A stretch of DNA of 64,000 nucleotides. Source: the human T2T-CHM13v2.0 reference genome, Homo sapiens. The stretch lies in assembly GCF_009914755.1 (NCBI RefSeq), contig NC_060932.1. One strand, written 5' to 3'. Below, one piece after another: positions 25,819 to 38,735 of this stretch. The notes under the pieces were generated by a model. The model saw nothing but the letters and a program-made list of their open reading frames with translations, made no database searches and was not told where the DNA came from. Positions within the stretch are counted from its first letter, which is position 1, and each line of letters starts with the position of its first letter. A program made the translations under genes and the position numbers.

Positions 25819-25946
25819 CTAGCTATCCAGGGGCTCATGGTCTGACGTTTCTTCTATATGTATACATTTTGGGCCCCCGTATCAATCACCCGTGCAGTCA
25901 GCCTTGGCAGGGCCCCTACTTTCCACATGTGAGATGGGGCAGCTGT
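25819..25946 (+). repeat. Direct duplication, copy 2 (128 bp)
   Basis: Shares GTGCAGTCAGCCTTGGCAGGGC, ATACATTTTGGGCCCCC and CTTTCCACATGTG exactly with copy 1. Confidence 0.92.
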
Positions 25947-26957
25947 GTTCCAGGCTTTGGTGTATCCTTCACTGAGATAAGTGAGTGGCAATCCTCTTGG
26001 AATTTTCTTTCTTTTGGGGAGAGGAGAAGTTGTAGAAATGCCTATTTCATCTATTCTTGAGTGTTAATTTAGCTCAGTATAAAATTCTAGGTTGACATGC
26101 TCCTCTGACACATTGAAGATGTGATTACATCATAGCTAGCTGTAGTTGTTTTTCTTGAGGAATCACTGAAATTGCATCAGTGGAATTGATGCCTTTTTGC
26201 AGTAAACCTCTATCTTCTCTATGGTTGTTTTAAAAGTCCTCCTCCCCTTCCCTTTGGTCTTCTGTTCCAACATTAAATGTCTAGAAGTTAATTCATTTTT
26301 CTATTTTGTCTCTGTATTTATCATTGTTCTTGAATCTGAGGATTCGTATTTTTCACACATTCCATAAAATGTTCAAACATTTCCCCTTTGAATATGTCTT
26401 TCCCTCTATTTTCTCCATCATTTCCTCCTGGAAATTCTAGAGATAAGTTGGATCATTTTATCTACTACTATCTGTGTCTTCTAAGCTCTCTTTCAAATTT
26501 CCTGTCTTGTAACTATGTGCTACAGGCTTGGTAATTACCCCAGGATTGAGCTTCCAGTTCACTAGTTCTTCCTTCACGTGTAACTAATTTGATGTTTAAT
26601 CTACCCATTCCCTGTGAGCTTCTTTCTCAATAGGAATATTTTTATTGTAGAACACTGAATATATTCTTTTTCAAATTTGGCAGTTCTTTATTAATAGTGT
26701 TTCTGGATTTTCTGTTCCAATTTTTAATTTTTATGTCTTTAATTATATTACATACACACATTTTGTATTCATTTTCAGACTGTCTTTTATCTCATTCTCT
26801 AGGTAGTCTAATCAGTTTTGTTTTGTCTTCACTGTTCCACAAGTGAATATTTTTCATTTTGTTGTTATTATTTGTTTACTTTTTTATAAAAACACTATTA
26901 TATAAAGCTTTTTGAAAATTTTCCCCTGAAAATCCTTCCTGTTGTGTGTTTTGAGTA

Positions 26958-27258
26958 CACTTGGCCCTCCAAATTAGTGGGTTCCATATTCATAGATTCA
27001 ACCAACCTCAGATAAAAAAATATTCAAAAACACGTTTTGTCTTTATTAAACACACACAGACTTTTATTCCTTGTCATTATTTCATACTCAATACAAAGCA
27101 GTTATATCGTATAGGTATTATTAATAATATAGACATGATTACATGGGAGGATGTGTGTAGGTTATATGCAAACACTGCACCTTTTTATATCAGGGACTTG
27201 AGCATCCTCAGATGGGAAGTCCTAGAACCAATTCCACATGAATACCAAGGGACAACTC
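26958..27258. mobile_element. MER2 (TcMar-Tigger MITE)
   Basis: CACTTGGCCCTCC..GATTCAACCAACC...TATATCAGGGACTTGAGCATCC..AAGGGACAACTC. TA TSDs at 26956-26957 and 27259-27260. Confidence 0.88.
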
Positions 27259-28326
27259 TATTTCCCTCAAGATGTCTGAGCTCCAGTGGTTATCTTCAGC
27301 CTGAGACTGACTTTTATGCTACTTTCTTTGAGTGGGATTTCTTGCCCCACATAGGCAGTGTTAAATCAAGCCCCAGGTCCACATGAAGCCCAATGCTGGG
27401 TTTTCTATTCTCAGGAAAGGCTCTAATTTTCCTTCCCCATACCCCAGGCAGAAATTCTCTCTCTCTTCTGGGTTTTTTAAATTATGTCCTATGGAGACTT
27501 TTAATTATAAACATTATTTCTTATTTCATCCTTGGCTAGAAAATATAGTTGAATCAGAATCTAAATGAAACCCAGTTAACAGTTAATAAAGAACTTTTAA
27601 AAATTGAGAGTCTGTTGATTCAGATACTTTGAGATGATTAACTGTGAGCTAACCAATATACCTTCTAGATAAAAAGAGAAATATGAGTAAATATTGGCAT
27701 ACCTGTCAGCATAAAAATTAAGTCAAATCTGTGTTTATTCTGGATCTTGTTCATCATAGGGCTGAGTTCCTTTCTAAATGACTTGCTAAAATAGGCAAAG
27801 GCCTCTCTTATTATATTGAAAAGAAGTTTACAAAAATACTGCAGTTACAAGAACTCTTGAATCGCAACCTTGAGACTGGCACTAGGCTATATTTGATGTA
27901 AAACAAATGTTCTTAGAATGTATATTTTACACTGCATATTTTTGCATAACTTACAAACTATGTCTATCATATAAGGTTGATCTTACCTACCTACCATGGT
28001 GATAAAGTGAATCACTATAATTTCCCTACTATGACATCACTGATATTACCCCAATTAGCTTAATCTTTGTGAAAAAGATGTAAAGGCAGTCTTAAAATGA
28101 GGCAGGCAGCTAACATCATAGTTCACTTTTTAAAATATATGTACAAATGAAAGCAGGTGACCAATAGACTCACTTGAGAATACAATATATCTCAAATTGG
28201 CCCTATAAGCCACTCTACAGAGGGTTCAGAGCTTTATGCAAAGGTCTAGGTTCTAAGTCTCATGTGGGTTGGATCCAGAACCTCTTTCCTGTCCTCACTA
28301 CTTTTGAGACCTAAGCTCTCATTTAC

Positions 28327-28540
28327 TGTGGTGGCTTTCTGCTCTGTCAGCTGCACTCAGATGGAATGGCATCTTCTAGAATCCCCTTCCCTGCATGGCT
28401 AACATTGCCCTCAAGAAACATTTTGTGCAAGACTTAGGAGGTTGAAGTGAAGTGGAAGCCATGGTTATTCTCTGAAGTCCATGCTCAGGGACCTTATCAC
28501 GTCCTGCTGTGTCCCTCTGTTGGCATGTGGTGGCTGCTGG
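28327..28540 (+). mobile_element. ERVL LTR fragment, LTR41-like
   Basis: TGTGGTGGCTTT..AAATCCCCTTCCCTGCATGG..CAAGAAACATTTTGTGCAAGACTTAGGAGGTTGAAGTGAAG..GCCAT. Confidence 0.55.
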
Positions 28541-29959
28541 CCCTTCCTACAGCTGAGTCTACAATAATTACAAAAGTTCATGAAGGTGGCTGAGGATGGC
28601 TCATGTGTACCATCTCCAAAGCTTACAACCATATCCAAATATATTAATCAGATCATTTTTCCTGACGGAAGTTGTTTGGTTTTGGGCAATATGCATAGGG
28701 TGGATGGAGCTGGAAAGAGAGAATGCTTGAGGAAGGTCTGCGTTCATCTCACTACCCAAGAAGGTAGGAAAGTGGGGTAGAAACAGTGTGTTAAACTTTA
28801 TCTGGGACTCACGCTTTGTAGATGTGAGTCTTTGATCATGCCATTTCATCTACCTTGAAAACTATTTCCCCAGCCCCATTTTGTGCCTAGCAATATGTTT
28901 CTATTTTTATTAAATAGGTAGCATATCATCTCCTTTTGAGGCTTTTTCTTGTCCTTCCTTTGTTAGGATGTTCTATTCCACCTCCAACAGGACTAGATAT
29001 AATTATTGCCTCCTTAGAGTTCCCTTTCTTTTTGTTTGTACCCCTCCTGCAACACTTGTCAAGTTTCTTATTTTATTGTAATCACATTGAATACATTTCC
29101 ACTCTCTCACCTCCCTCTTTACACCATAAGGGAGACATAGAGAGAGAAAAAAAATAAAATAGAGGAAATAAGGAAACAAGAAAAATAAAGTGGAAGCAAG
29201 AATGTCAAGTTGTGAGAAGGTAGTTGAAATCTATACAATTATAACAGGTGTAAGTATAGAGAAAAGCATGTTCTACCAATCAGATTTTATAGATTGGCAA
29301 AAGAAGATAATCATGAATTTTGAACATGGTAGATTCAGGATTAATGGGTGTCTGTGATGTTTGTGCTAACAGTTAGTGTTTACCATGCACCCATGCGACC
29401 TTTGCTCTCAGGCAATATTTGACAAAAATCTTGAGAGATAACTCAGACTGTTTTTATTTATTTGAATTTTGAAACTGAGGGAATTGAGTCTCAGGCAGGT
29501 GAAGTAATATGCCACATCACTTCATTAGTAAGTGGCAGAAGTAGCTCTAAAAATATTGACTCCTGTTTTAGTAATGTGTCCATTAAATATGATGTACTTG
29601 CATAAAGTTGAACCATATAAGATGTAACCACAAACCCTAGAAAAAGTGAAATTATTTGCAAAGTGAAATTATAATGTAGAGCAGAGAGAATAACCACAAC
29701 TAATTGGGAAGCAGCATCAAACAGCCATCTTTAGCATTTGGAGAAAGAAATCATGCAGGCCAATGACTACTTTCTCTACCTTTGGATCTTGGCATCATCA
29801 TTCACTACATACTGGGTTGCATGAATCAGGTCTGTGACTCTGGGCACTAGGGTGAAGAGTTCTGTGACATCGAAGATAAAACACATCTTCAGCACTCACA
29901 AGAATGGCTTTTCCAGGTTGAGAACTCCCATGTGGCAATGAAGTATAATGTAAAATATA

Positions 29960-30135
29960 TTTTATCAGAGGCCTGGGTTTGAATCCCAGCATTGTTGTTA
30001 TCACCAAGTCCTTTCACCTAGCTAAGCCTCCATTTTTTCACCTGCTAAGTGAAAATGATAATCTGCACCACGCTGGGAAAAATAAACAAGATTTTACGTG
30101 CAAAATACCCATCACATAATAGGAGTTTAATGAGT
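29960..30135 (+). mobile_element. MIR
   Basis: CCTGGGTTTGAATCCCAGC..AAGCCTCCATTTTTTCACCTG. Confidence 0.7.
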
Positions 30136-31424
30136 CCTCCATCTCTATCCCCACTTGCATGAGAGAAGGAAAAAAAAAGAATAAAACAAATAAGCTCATA
30201 TGTGTTTTGTAGGGTGAGTTCGTCTTTTTTACTTCAGTGTAATATACTATGTGAATGTCTAAGGTGGCTGAGTAGCTAATAAATGCCTGTACTACATGTC
30301 TCAAAGTTGTCAACTAGCAGTTATGTAGAAGTATAAATACTTTAACTTTCATATTGGCTGAGACCTTGTTGCTCATAATTCCCTTTAAGTAAGTTCTTTC
30401 TTGGCACACAAAATAACAATTCCTTCCAAATGTTTCGCTCTGAGCAGCTTATTGAAGCTATTGTAGATATAATGTTCTACACTGATCTATCAGCATGATT
30501 ACTTAATTCTAGTTCTACATCACTAGCTAAGGTAGAATAAAGGTTTGCAAGACAATTCTAGGGCTAAACCCAATGCTGGCTTAGGATCTGCAGAGCCAGC
30601 TGTATTTAAAATGTGTATTTTGGGTTACAAAAGCTGCAGCATGCTGTCTAAATGAAGGGGCCCTTGCTTCTGTGTGATGTGTGCTACAGAGTAATAGAAA
30701 CTTAATAGCAGCCAAGTGATAGAAAGACCCTAATCACAAAAAAGCAGAAGGGGTAAAAAAATGGATGAAGTTTGCCTCAAGAGATTTCAGCAGAAAGCTC
30801 TCTAAGAGAAGGTAATAAGGTTGATAGTTTTTCAGAAATTGGTAGTGGGCAGCATTGCTGGTGATTAAAGTAAGAAACTGGGAATAAGATGGTCTTGACT
30901 CAACTTCTGAAGGCAGGGCTATTTGGCTGGTGATTCACAAAACAGAACTTCGCATTGCTGATGGTCAAATTCCCTCAGCTGTAAACAGACACCATAGCAC
31001 AGCAGTTAGCAGTATTTCTCTTTATGTGGCTCTGTCTTTAAAGGGCAGCGTGGAATAGTTGAAGGAGCTTGGGCTTCACATCAGGCTCTATGTCACTACT
31101 AGCTGGGGAAATTTAGGAACAGGAGTTCCCGATTACCTTGCTAACTCTCTCTAAATAGGACTCCGAATGCCTATCAGACAGTGATGTAATGAAAAACAAA
31201 TGGGAGTGTATATATTCAGCCAATACAATAAGATTCTGTTCTCCATGAACCATGTTAAAAAAAAAAACTATTATAATAATTTGGCCTGTTGCCCTACGAA
31301 TTTCCCTCCTGCCTTTCTTCCTCCAAGCCCACTCACTAGCCCCTGGATACCTGCATGATACACAAAAAAGGATGGGAGTGGGAACCCCTGAGCTGTCCAG
31401 GCTCCAGCATCCAGCTGGGGGATG

Positions 31425-31580
31425 CAGCAGGTAATTTAAACTCTCTGAGCCTCAGTTTCCTCATTTTTAAAGTAAATACAGCAGAGTTTCCCACATTTAC
31501 TGGTTGTTCTGTATAGCAGAAGAGATACAGCATGTGAAAGCATTTGAAGACTTGTAAAGCCCATGCATATATTAGTTATG
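31425..31580 (+). mobile_element. MIR
   Basis: CTCTCTGAGCCTCAGTTTCCTCATTTTTAAAGT. Confidence 0.8.
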
Positions 31581-33369
31581 CATCTTTATGGTTAAAATTG
31601 CCTAAGAGAAATCAAGGCCTCAGGGATCCTAAGGGGCTCTCCCAAGGTCACGCAGGAGTGCAAAGTCAGAGCAAAGATTGAGATAGAAACTTTGGACTGA
31701 AGGACCAGGAAAATAAAATTTCATAGTTCACAAGAGACCATGAGTGATGTTATAGGACTAAGGATTACATGGCATGATTTTTAAAGCCCATATGTAACCC
31801 ATATGCCATAATGTGCATATTATAGATATATATGTATAGTACACATATGTATACTACATATATATCATATACATGTATCCTAATATGTATAAAAATGTGT
31901 ATAGGTGTACATATATATCTATGTATAAAGAGAATGAAAGAATGGAGTTCCAGATTCTTTTTAGAAGGCAAATTTAGATTTTAAAAATTGTAAGCAGGCT
32001 CTGCTTCTAATGTAGCAACTAAAATTCAGCTTTGGGGCTGAAACTTCCTTTCCTGGGGGAGGAGCTGTGAACGCAATCAAGTTTTCCAAAAGCAGCTGCC
32101 TCAGACTGAGATTTCTCTTCAGTAAAGCCAATAGGATACAAAAGCCATGGGATACCCGGGAAGGTTTAAAATTGTGTTTTTTTTTTTCCTAAAATCATCT
32201 TCAGACTGCCATATTCCTGACAACCACAGGACAATCTTTATAAAACCATCATTTCTGTTAGATTGAGAGGTACACTGGGCCTGGGTCAAAAATGGCATGA
32301 AAAATGACATGATTCACCCCAGGCTGGGAGGCAGATTGGCACAGGTCTAGGCTGTTTGTCTCACTCACTCACTTGGCATAAGTTAGGAGTCATGCAGATT
32401 TGAGGGGGTGTGTTGTGGCAATAGTATTGTCTCAATCTCGGGGCTGGACCGTGCCCTTGTGCCTGGTGTCAGGTTTACCCTGAACCTTCCTACCTCCCAT
32501 CTTTTTTTTTTTTTTTTTTTTTTTGCATTTGTCACAAACCTGAAACATTACAATTCTGAAATAAATGTTCTAAACGTAACTCAAACAAAACCTTCAATAT
32601 TCATTCTCATCAGAGGTCTTGCCTATCAAAAGAAAATGTCCTTTATAAAAAGAAGATGAGGGGATTAGTGGAGAAGACTTTCACCTGAATGGGACTATGC
32701 CCTTCACATTTTCCCTCATCTCATCAGTTTTCACGTGCATGGGAGGGCGGCTCAGGCTAGGGAAGAGTGAGTGAGGATGCAGCCCTGCGGAGGCTTGAGT
32801 GGTGCTAACTGAGCAGAGAGTAGTCAGTGTGGTCTGCAGTCCAGTAAGGTGGAGGAAGGACAAGTCCTGAGAGAGAGTGGAAGAGAATAATGGTCACCTT
32901 GGGGTGTGGAGGTCATATGGACCTATTGGGGGCGTGTAAACAGGGTGGATTAACTGAATATCACTCAATAGGGCATAGAATTAAGGGATAGAAGTGAAGT
33001 GTGCTTTCATGGACACTTGAAACAGGCCTTCTGCTTTGGCACAAGAGATGAGACCAGTTAGCATCTAGAATATGGGAATGAGCGTGATCATTTGACTTCC
33101 AGAGTGCTGGGGGTGCCAGGCATTCGTGGTAGAACAGAACTTCATGGCATTTCTTGGTAACCAGTGCTTACACCGGCAGGGTACTGTCTCCTGGTGATGC
33201 TCTTCTTTTTTAAGGGTTTCAGAGATAACTCTTTCTGAGTTAGTTACACAGAGGGATATTGCCATTTTTTTGTGAGGAAGGTTGGACAAGACTCCATACA
33301 GGAGGGAGCATTTGGACCGGAATCTGGCAGTGGAGTAGGAGTTCCCCAGGTGGAGACGGACATCAACAA

Positions 33370-33485
33370 GGTAAGCTCTGTGACTGAGAGGCACTGAGAG
33401 GCACTGTTTGATTTGCTCACTACTGTGTCCCCAGAACCTGGAGTAGTGCTTGGCACATGGTTAGTGCTCAGTACATTTTTTATGT
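33370..33485 (+). mobile_element. L2 3' end
   Basis: GCTCACTACTGTGTCCCCAGAACCTGGAGTAGTGCTTGGCACATGGTTAGTGCTCAGTA. Confidence 0.8.
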
Positions 33486-33781
33486 ATGATCAGTGTAAAG
33501 TGTGAGGGACAGAGATATGATTTGTCAGCAGAGTGGTCAAAAGTAGCAAATGGACATCTTTGCTGGGGCAGAGGAATGACAACAAGAAATCATCAGAAGC
33601 TGAGGCTATAGAAAGGGAGAAGGGACAGATTGGAAAGGCTGTACTGGGGGAGCTGAGCATCATCTTGTAGGTGTCCTAGGGAAAAACTGCTGTCTGATAA
33701 GAAGGTTCTGGGTGCAATGCCAGGCATATTCAGATGCCGTCAAATTGCCCTGGAGCCATTCTTGATGTTTACCTCTTCAGC

Positions 33782-34160
33782 TATAGTAGATGAATAATGG
33801 CTCCCCATAATGATATCAGTACCCTAACCCCTAGAACCTGTGAATACGTACATGGTAAAAGGGCCTCCATAGATGTAACGCAGGTTACAGGCCTTAAAAT
33901 AAGTAGATGAGCCTGGATTACCCAGGTAGACCCAATTGAATCCCCAGAGAACTTTCTCTGACTTGAGACAGGATAGATGTGGCAGAAGGAGAGCTCAGAG
34001 ATTTGAGTCATGAAAAGAATTTGCTGCACTATTGCTGGCTCTGAGACCTAGGGGCCACATGCAAGGACCAGAGAGAGGCCCCTAGGAGCCCATGGAGAGC
34101 ACAGGAAGGGATGTGGGTGCCCTGGACGAGCACAGGCTGGTCCCTGGCTAACAAACAGCA
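33782..34160 (+). mobile_element. MLT1E-like LTR (3'-truncated)
   Basis: TATAGTAGATGAATAATGGCTCCCC..CCCTAGAACCTGTGAATA..CCTGGATTACCCAGGTAG..GGGGCCACATGCAAGGACCAGAGAG. Confidence 0.8.
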
Positions 34161-34164
34161 TAAC

Positions 34165-34560
34165 CCTGTCTCTCCTCCTCACTTTGCCTTATTTTTCTCT
34201 ATAAAACTTACCCTCAGCTGACATTTTGCACATTTTCTTAATAGTCAGCCATAGCACTTACCTCTTCCCTAGCATCTAAGCTGACAAGAGCAGGGACAGT
34301 TTAATTAGGATGCTATCTAAGTTCCTAGAAGAGTGAGTGGTCTATAGCTGCTGCTCAAAAACATATTTACGTGAGTAAGTGATTTCTATCATTACATCCT
34401 CCCAAGAACCCTGTGAGGTATGCATTATTATTCTTGTTTTATGGAAGACAGCAACGGGGCTCTGGGAAGTTGCAAGACTGTCCCCAGACCTCCTCAAATT
34501 GCCCCAGCTTCTCAGCTCAGCACTAGAGACAAGGTAGGAGCCGGCACGCATTCTCTGAAC
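34165..34560. mobile_element. L2 3' end (+) followed by MIR (-)
   Basis: AAGAGCAGGGACAG..CTCAAAAACATATTT, then CATCCTCCCAAGAACCCTGTGAGGTA..TTTTATGGAAGA. Confidence 0.6.
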
Positions 34561-35186
34561 AGCTAACCAAGGTGGCTGCATTGGAACCCAGGCCTGTCTC
34601 ATGGCAGGTACAGGCAGTGTCCATGACACCTCGTGGCCTGCCCTGCTCTGGTAGCACGCAGATGTGTCAGGTGCCATGTGAACCCACCTCTGCCAGCCTC
34701 CGTTCATCTTCCTGCCGAAATGTCCTCCTTCCTTCAGTTTCCCATTTCCTTCCATAGTAAAGATTCCGTTTATTTCATGCCAGAGTAAGATTCAGCCTTG
34801 AATTACAACAAGGGATGTTATCTGACATCAGTTGCCACCGCTTAAAGAGGTTTAGGCTTGACGGATTGTAAAGCCATTTGCAGGGGCTGGAGCTGAGTGA
34901 CAAAACGCCCGTCATGAGGCATAAACCTGTCAACTGCAATTACCCACAATGGATTCCAGAGAGGCAGAAGAATTAAATCTTGTAAATCCAAAAGGCCCGA
35001 TTGGAGTGACGTATTTATTGGGCATCACTTAATGAGGGCTCCCAAATGGACTTTGTTCCTCTCCTTGGGACTTTGCTTTCTTCCTTTTTGCATAACACAG
35101 ATATGTACATGCAAGGGGAAGGGCAGGAAAGGGTGCCAAGGTACTGTGAACTGGTCATATGGTCGGTTAGAGCTAGAGAGTCCAAA

Positions 35187-35203
35187 GCCACCATCTGCTG
35201 GAC
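35187..35203 (-). promoter_or_regulatory. Candidate CTCF motif
   Basis: Minus strand GTCCAGCAGATGGTGGC matches CCASYAGRKGGCRS with one mismatch. Confidence 0.45.
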
Positions 35204-35779
35204 CACTGGGACCACCAGCCACAGCATCACATCCAACCCCTATTAACAAAGAGCCCTAAAATGCTTCTGGCTCAATCTTGAGAGACCCCACCAGACTACT
35301 CAACAAAATACTGTATCTTTTCATAATGTGGCGGTGTAGCTGGTGTAACCTAAATAATTTCCCAGGCTCACTTTTCATTAGCTAGGAACATATGTATATG
35401 TTCTCCATAGAGTCAAAGTGACAACCATGTCCACCTCTCTCACGGTTCTTCCTTACTCTCATCCCATCGTGGCAGGCAGATATAGGGAATCCAGCAGAAT
35501 GGTTTACAGCTTCAGGGTTGAGACAGCCTCACCATGGAAGGAAACTGAGTCCCTGAATGACTTCTTGGAGCAGAACTCCTATATGGTCCTCACTGCCCCA
35601 GTTTCTGGTAGAGAGTAAATATTAAATAAATGGTAACTGTAGGCAAGGAAGGCTTTAAACTATTCTTTGAAGAATTAGTAGAGTTTCTGTAGTGAGAAAA
35701 TATGGAAAAAAAGTGTCTGTATTGGAGGAAAAGTTTTAAGTCGTAGGAAACTTACATTTTTAAAGAATCTACAAAGTGG

Positions 35780-37015
35780 CCTGATTTCACACTTGGATGT
35801 GTAATAGGTATCTCAGACACAAACTAAACTCTTGTTTCTTAAATCGCCTGCTCCCCTACCCCATGAAAGACCCTTCCCTTCTCATCTCTTCCAGTAAATG
35901 GCAATTCCACTTTTCCAGTTTCATATGTAAAAATTCTCTGTGCCAAGCTCAACCCTTTTCCTTTTCTCTCACCCCACATATAATCTAGCAGCAAATTTTA
36001 TTAACTCCGCCTTCAAAAGACAGCCAGATCCTACCACTTCTTGTCACTTCCTAGGCTAGTAACACTCTAATTGAAGCCAAAATCTTCCACCTAGACAGCT
36101 TCTAAACCCACTTAATTGATTTCCTTGCTTTCATTCTTAAACCCCTTAACTCCACCACTATTTACTGTCCACACATCCAAGAGACTATTTGAAAACATGA
36201 AGTCACAGCATGCCCTTTTCTCTTTTCTGAAGAGTTTCCAGTCTCATTAGTAATGGGACTGAAAGTCCTAGCTATGGGTTTTAAGGCCCTGTATGAACTG
36301 CCTCTCCATGACTTCTCTGGCCTTGTTTCCCACCACTTGGCCCCTCACCACCTCCTTTGCAACCACCCTGGCTTCCTTGCTGTTTCTCAAGCAGCAAAGC
36401 TCACTGCTATCTCAGGGCCTTCAGACTTGCTGTGCATTCTGCCTGAGAAATCTCTCCCCAAGTAGTGCACAGCTCACTGTTGCTTCTCAGCCACCCGCTA
36501 AGCAGGGCAACCTCCTCACTCTCCATCACCCTGCTTGAAATAATATCCCTGCCACTGGCTATCTCCATGCCCTGGTGGACAACATTTTCCTGCATAGCCT
36601 GAGATAGCTCATCTATATTTATTATCTAGTTCCCCCTATGGGAGCACAAACTCCAACAGAGCAGGGACTTGAAGCCGTGGCAGGAATTCATTGCTGCATA
36701 CATACATATTTTTCCTGCCTTTTTTGCTTAGCCTTATACCATAGACTTTTTACCACATTGTTCATTAACACAAAACAAGTTGTGCTGATGGTCTTACCAG
36801 GTTTCCTATATCTCGTGACACTTAGTTGATGCATTGAAGAATGAGAAGCACTTCAGCAAGGTGAGGAATCCTACCCCAGGCAGAGCCAACCACACAGTGT
36901 TAAAATGTAGTATCTATAAAGTCAGGGTGCCTATGTGTTTTATTCACTGTTGTGTCTTCAGCAGCTAGGACGGTGCCTGGTGCATAGTGGAAACTCAATC
37001 TATGGAATAAATGAA
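35780..37015 (+). mobile_element. L2 (L2a-like) long 3' fragment
   Basis: CACTTGGATGTGTAATAGGTATCTCA..CAGTAAATGGCAATTCCAC..TTTAAGGCCCTGTATGA..CTCAGGGCCTT..GGTGCCTGGTGCATAGTGG..GAATAAATGAA. Confidence 0.8.
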
Positions 37016-37115
37016 ATTTCAATACGCAAAGGTATAGAGAGGCAAAACTGTTTGATTAATTCAGAGAAGAACAAAATGCTATGTGGTTTACACACTGAGA
37101 TTTACTGAATCACAT

Positions 37116-37840
37116 TGTCAAGACACTTTTGGTGGCAAGTGCCAGAAACCCAACTTGAACTAGCTTAGGGGAACAGGAAGATTATTTAGATGAATACCAG
37201 GGTCCTACTAAGACAGCAGGGATTGGATTGACCAGTAGGCTAATGCCCTCCAGCCAAAGACTACCAGGAACACACTTGTAGTTAAACAAGTTGGATTAAG
37301 GGAGGATGAGTAACTTGGGAAACTGTAGGGCATCTCAGTAAGGGGGTGGCAGAAAGAATACAGTTTGGGCTTTGGTTGGGTGATTTTGTGGAGCTTTAAA
37401 GAAGTGAAGGTGTACCCTGGATTGAATGCTGTCAGGTGGCCAGGACAATTCTGTGATTGAGTATTTCAGTAAATCTCATCTATAAGGATGGAGACTAGAG
37501 AAAGGCTAAACCATAACTGATAAAATAGTACAGTCACTCATATCAACCAGGATTGGGGAACATTTGTTATTTTGTGGTCTGGACAAAGTTTATGCTCCTG
37601 ATGGAGCTGTCTTGTTTTCATCTTGATCCATCATGGTCACGGCATGGCCTTGTCTGAGGTTGCTATTCTGTGAAATTGTTTATGTTCAACAGGAGTGAAC
37701 CAAGGTCTAGCTGTGTGGGCCAGGCCAGCTCCCAGAGGAAAGAGCTGTTTTTCTGAATTATGAGGAATGACAGGGATGCAGCTGGGCTCCAGGAAGAACT
37801 GACACCAAGGATGTTAGCACCTCAAGTGTCTCCCTCGGGC
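37116..37840 (-). mobile_element. Old MLT1 (K/L-like) LTR fragments split by an ERV LTR
   Basis: TTTGGTGGCAAGTGCCAGAAACCCAACTTGAACTAGCTTA. Appears to resume after 37736 (GCAGCTGGGCTCCAGG). Confidence 0.5.
37229..37736 (-). mobile_element. ERV LTR (MER76-like)
   Basis: GTCTTGTTTTCATCTTGATCCATCATGGTCAC..GGCCTTGTCTGAGG..TCTGTGAAATTGTTTATGTTCAACAGG. Confidence 0.6.
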
Positions 37841-38539
37841 TGAGTCTCCTTTTCACCTCTCTCCATGGGGGAGATATTCTCTAGGAAAACAGTAGCTCTC
37901 AATTTTCATTCAAACAAAATTCAATCAAATGGCAGTGGCAAGGGACAAAATCAGAAATAATCCATTTCCCCAAAAGTCTTCCATAAGAGTCTACTACAAA
38001 AATGCAATTTATCTAAGATGACTTTTTCTCAAAACTTACTGAGTTTGGGGAGACTCTGCCACCTTTACTCTTTGTTCAGATGATCACAAAACAAGTTTTG
38101 CTTTATGTCTTGTCCGTGCTAACGCATGGCAGGTCTTGCCCTAGCAACTTCACATGTGCTCTTTCTTAGAAATTCCTGCCTTTTCTTCTCTGCAAGGGGT
38201 CATTTGCTGCATTGGACAGTAGCTTTCCCTGTAGCAATCCCAAGCTCCTCAATGAGATCACAGGCCATTTCACTTCATAATAGGGTTATTTTATTATTTC
38301 CCCAAGCATGCAGATCAAATGGCATCTGGGACTCAAATCTTTGCTCAGCGAGGAAAACTAGCAGAAGGCTCCAAGCAGAAAATGGCTTTGCCAGTGACGG
38401 CTGCATCTGTTAATGGACCTGCTCCCTGCCTCTCCCCACCATTCTGTATGCTTCCTTGCCCTCCTCCCAAAGTAAACATGTCTCAATGTCAATTTGCTTT
38501 AAGGATAAGTAAAAGGGTATCTTAAGGGGAAGGGAAACA

Positions 38540-38735
38540 ACTGAGAATTTATTGAGTACTTACCACACAATGAGCATGGTGAAAGTGTTATTTCATTTAT
38601 TCTTCTCAATGGCCCTCTGGAGGCAAATTTTAACCCCCAATTTACAGATGCAGAAACCAAAGCTGAGGAGTTGGAGTTTCTTGCTCAAGGACACACAGCT
38701 AGCCAATGACAGATCAGGGATTTTACCCCACCCTG
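38540..38735 (-). mobile_element. MIR
   Basis: TTTATTGAGTACTTAC..CAATTTACAGATGCAGAAACCAAAGCT..TTGCTCAAGGACACACAGCTAG. Confidence 0.85.

Larger units (their letters stand above)
25430..27480 (-). mobile_element. HAL1/old L1 ORF1-side element, interrupted by the duplicate and MER2
   Basis: T-rich, with AGTATAAAATTCTAGGTTGAC and TCTTGAATCTGAGGATTC. The 5' part CAGCCTGAGACTGACTTTTATGCTACTTTC..GGCAGTGTTAAATCAAGCCCC resembles HAL1. Confidence 0.65.

Noticed and set aside
25028-25946. Direct repeats read as the LTR pair of a mini-retroelement, or as a CRISPR-like array
   Set aside because: No TG..CA termini, primer-binding site, polypurine tract or outer TSD. Only two copies, and the spacer is partly HAL1 that continues past copy 2.
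26961-27386. 141-aa ORF
   Set aside because: Spans the MER2 MITE and HAL1. Non-coding.
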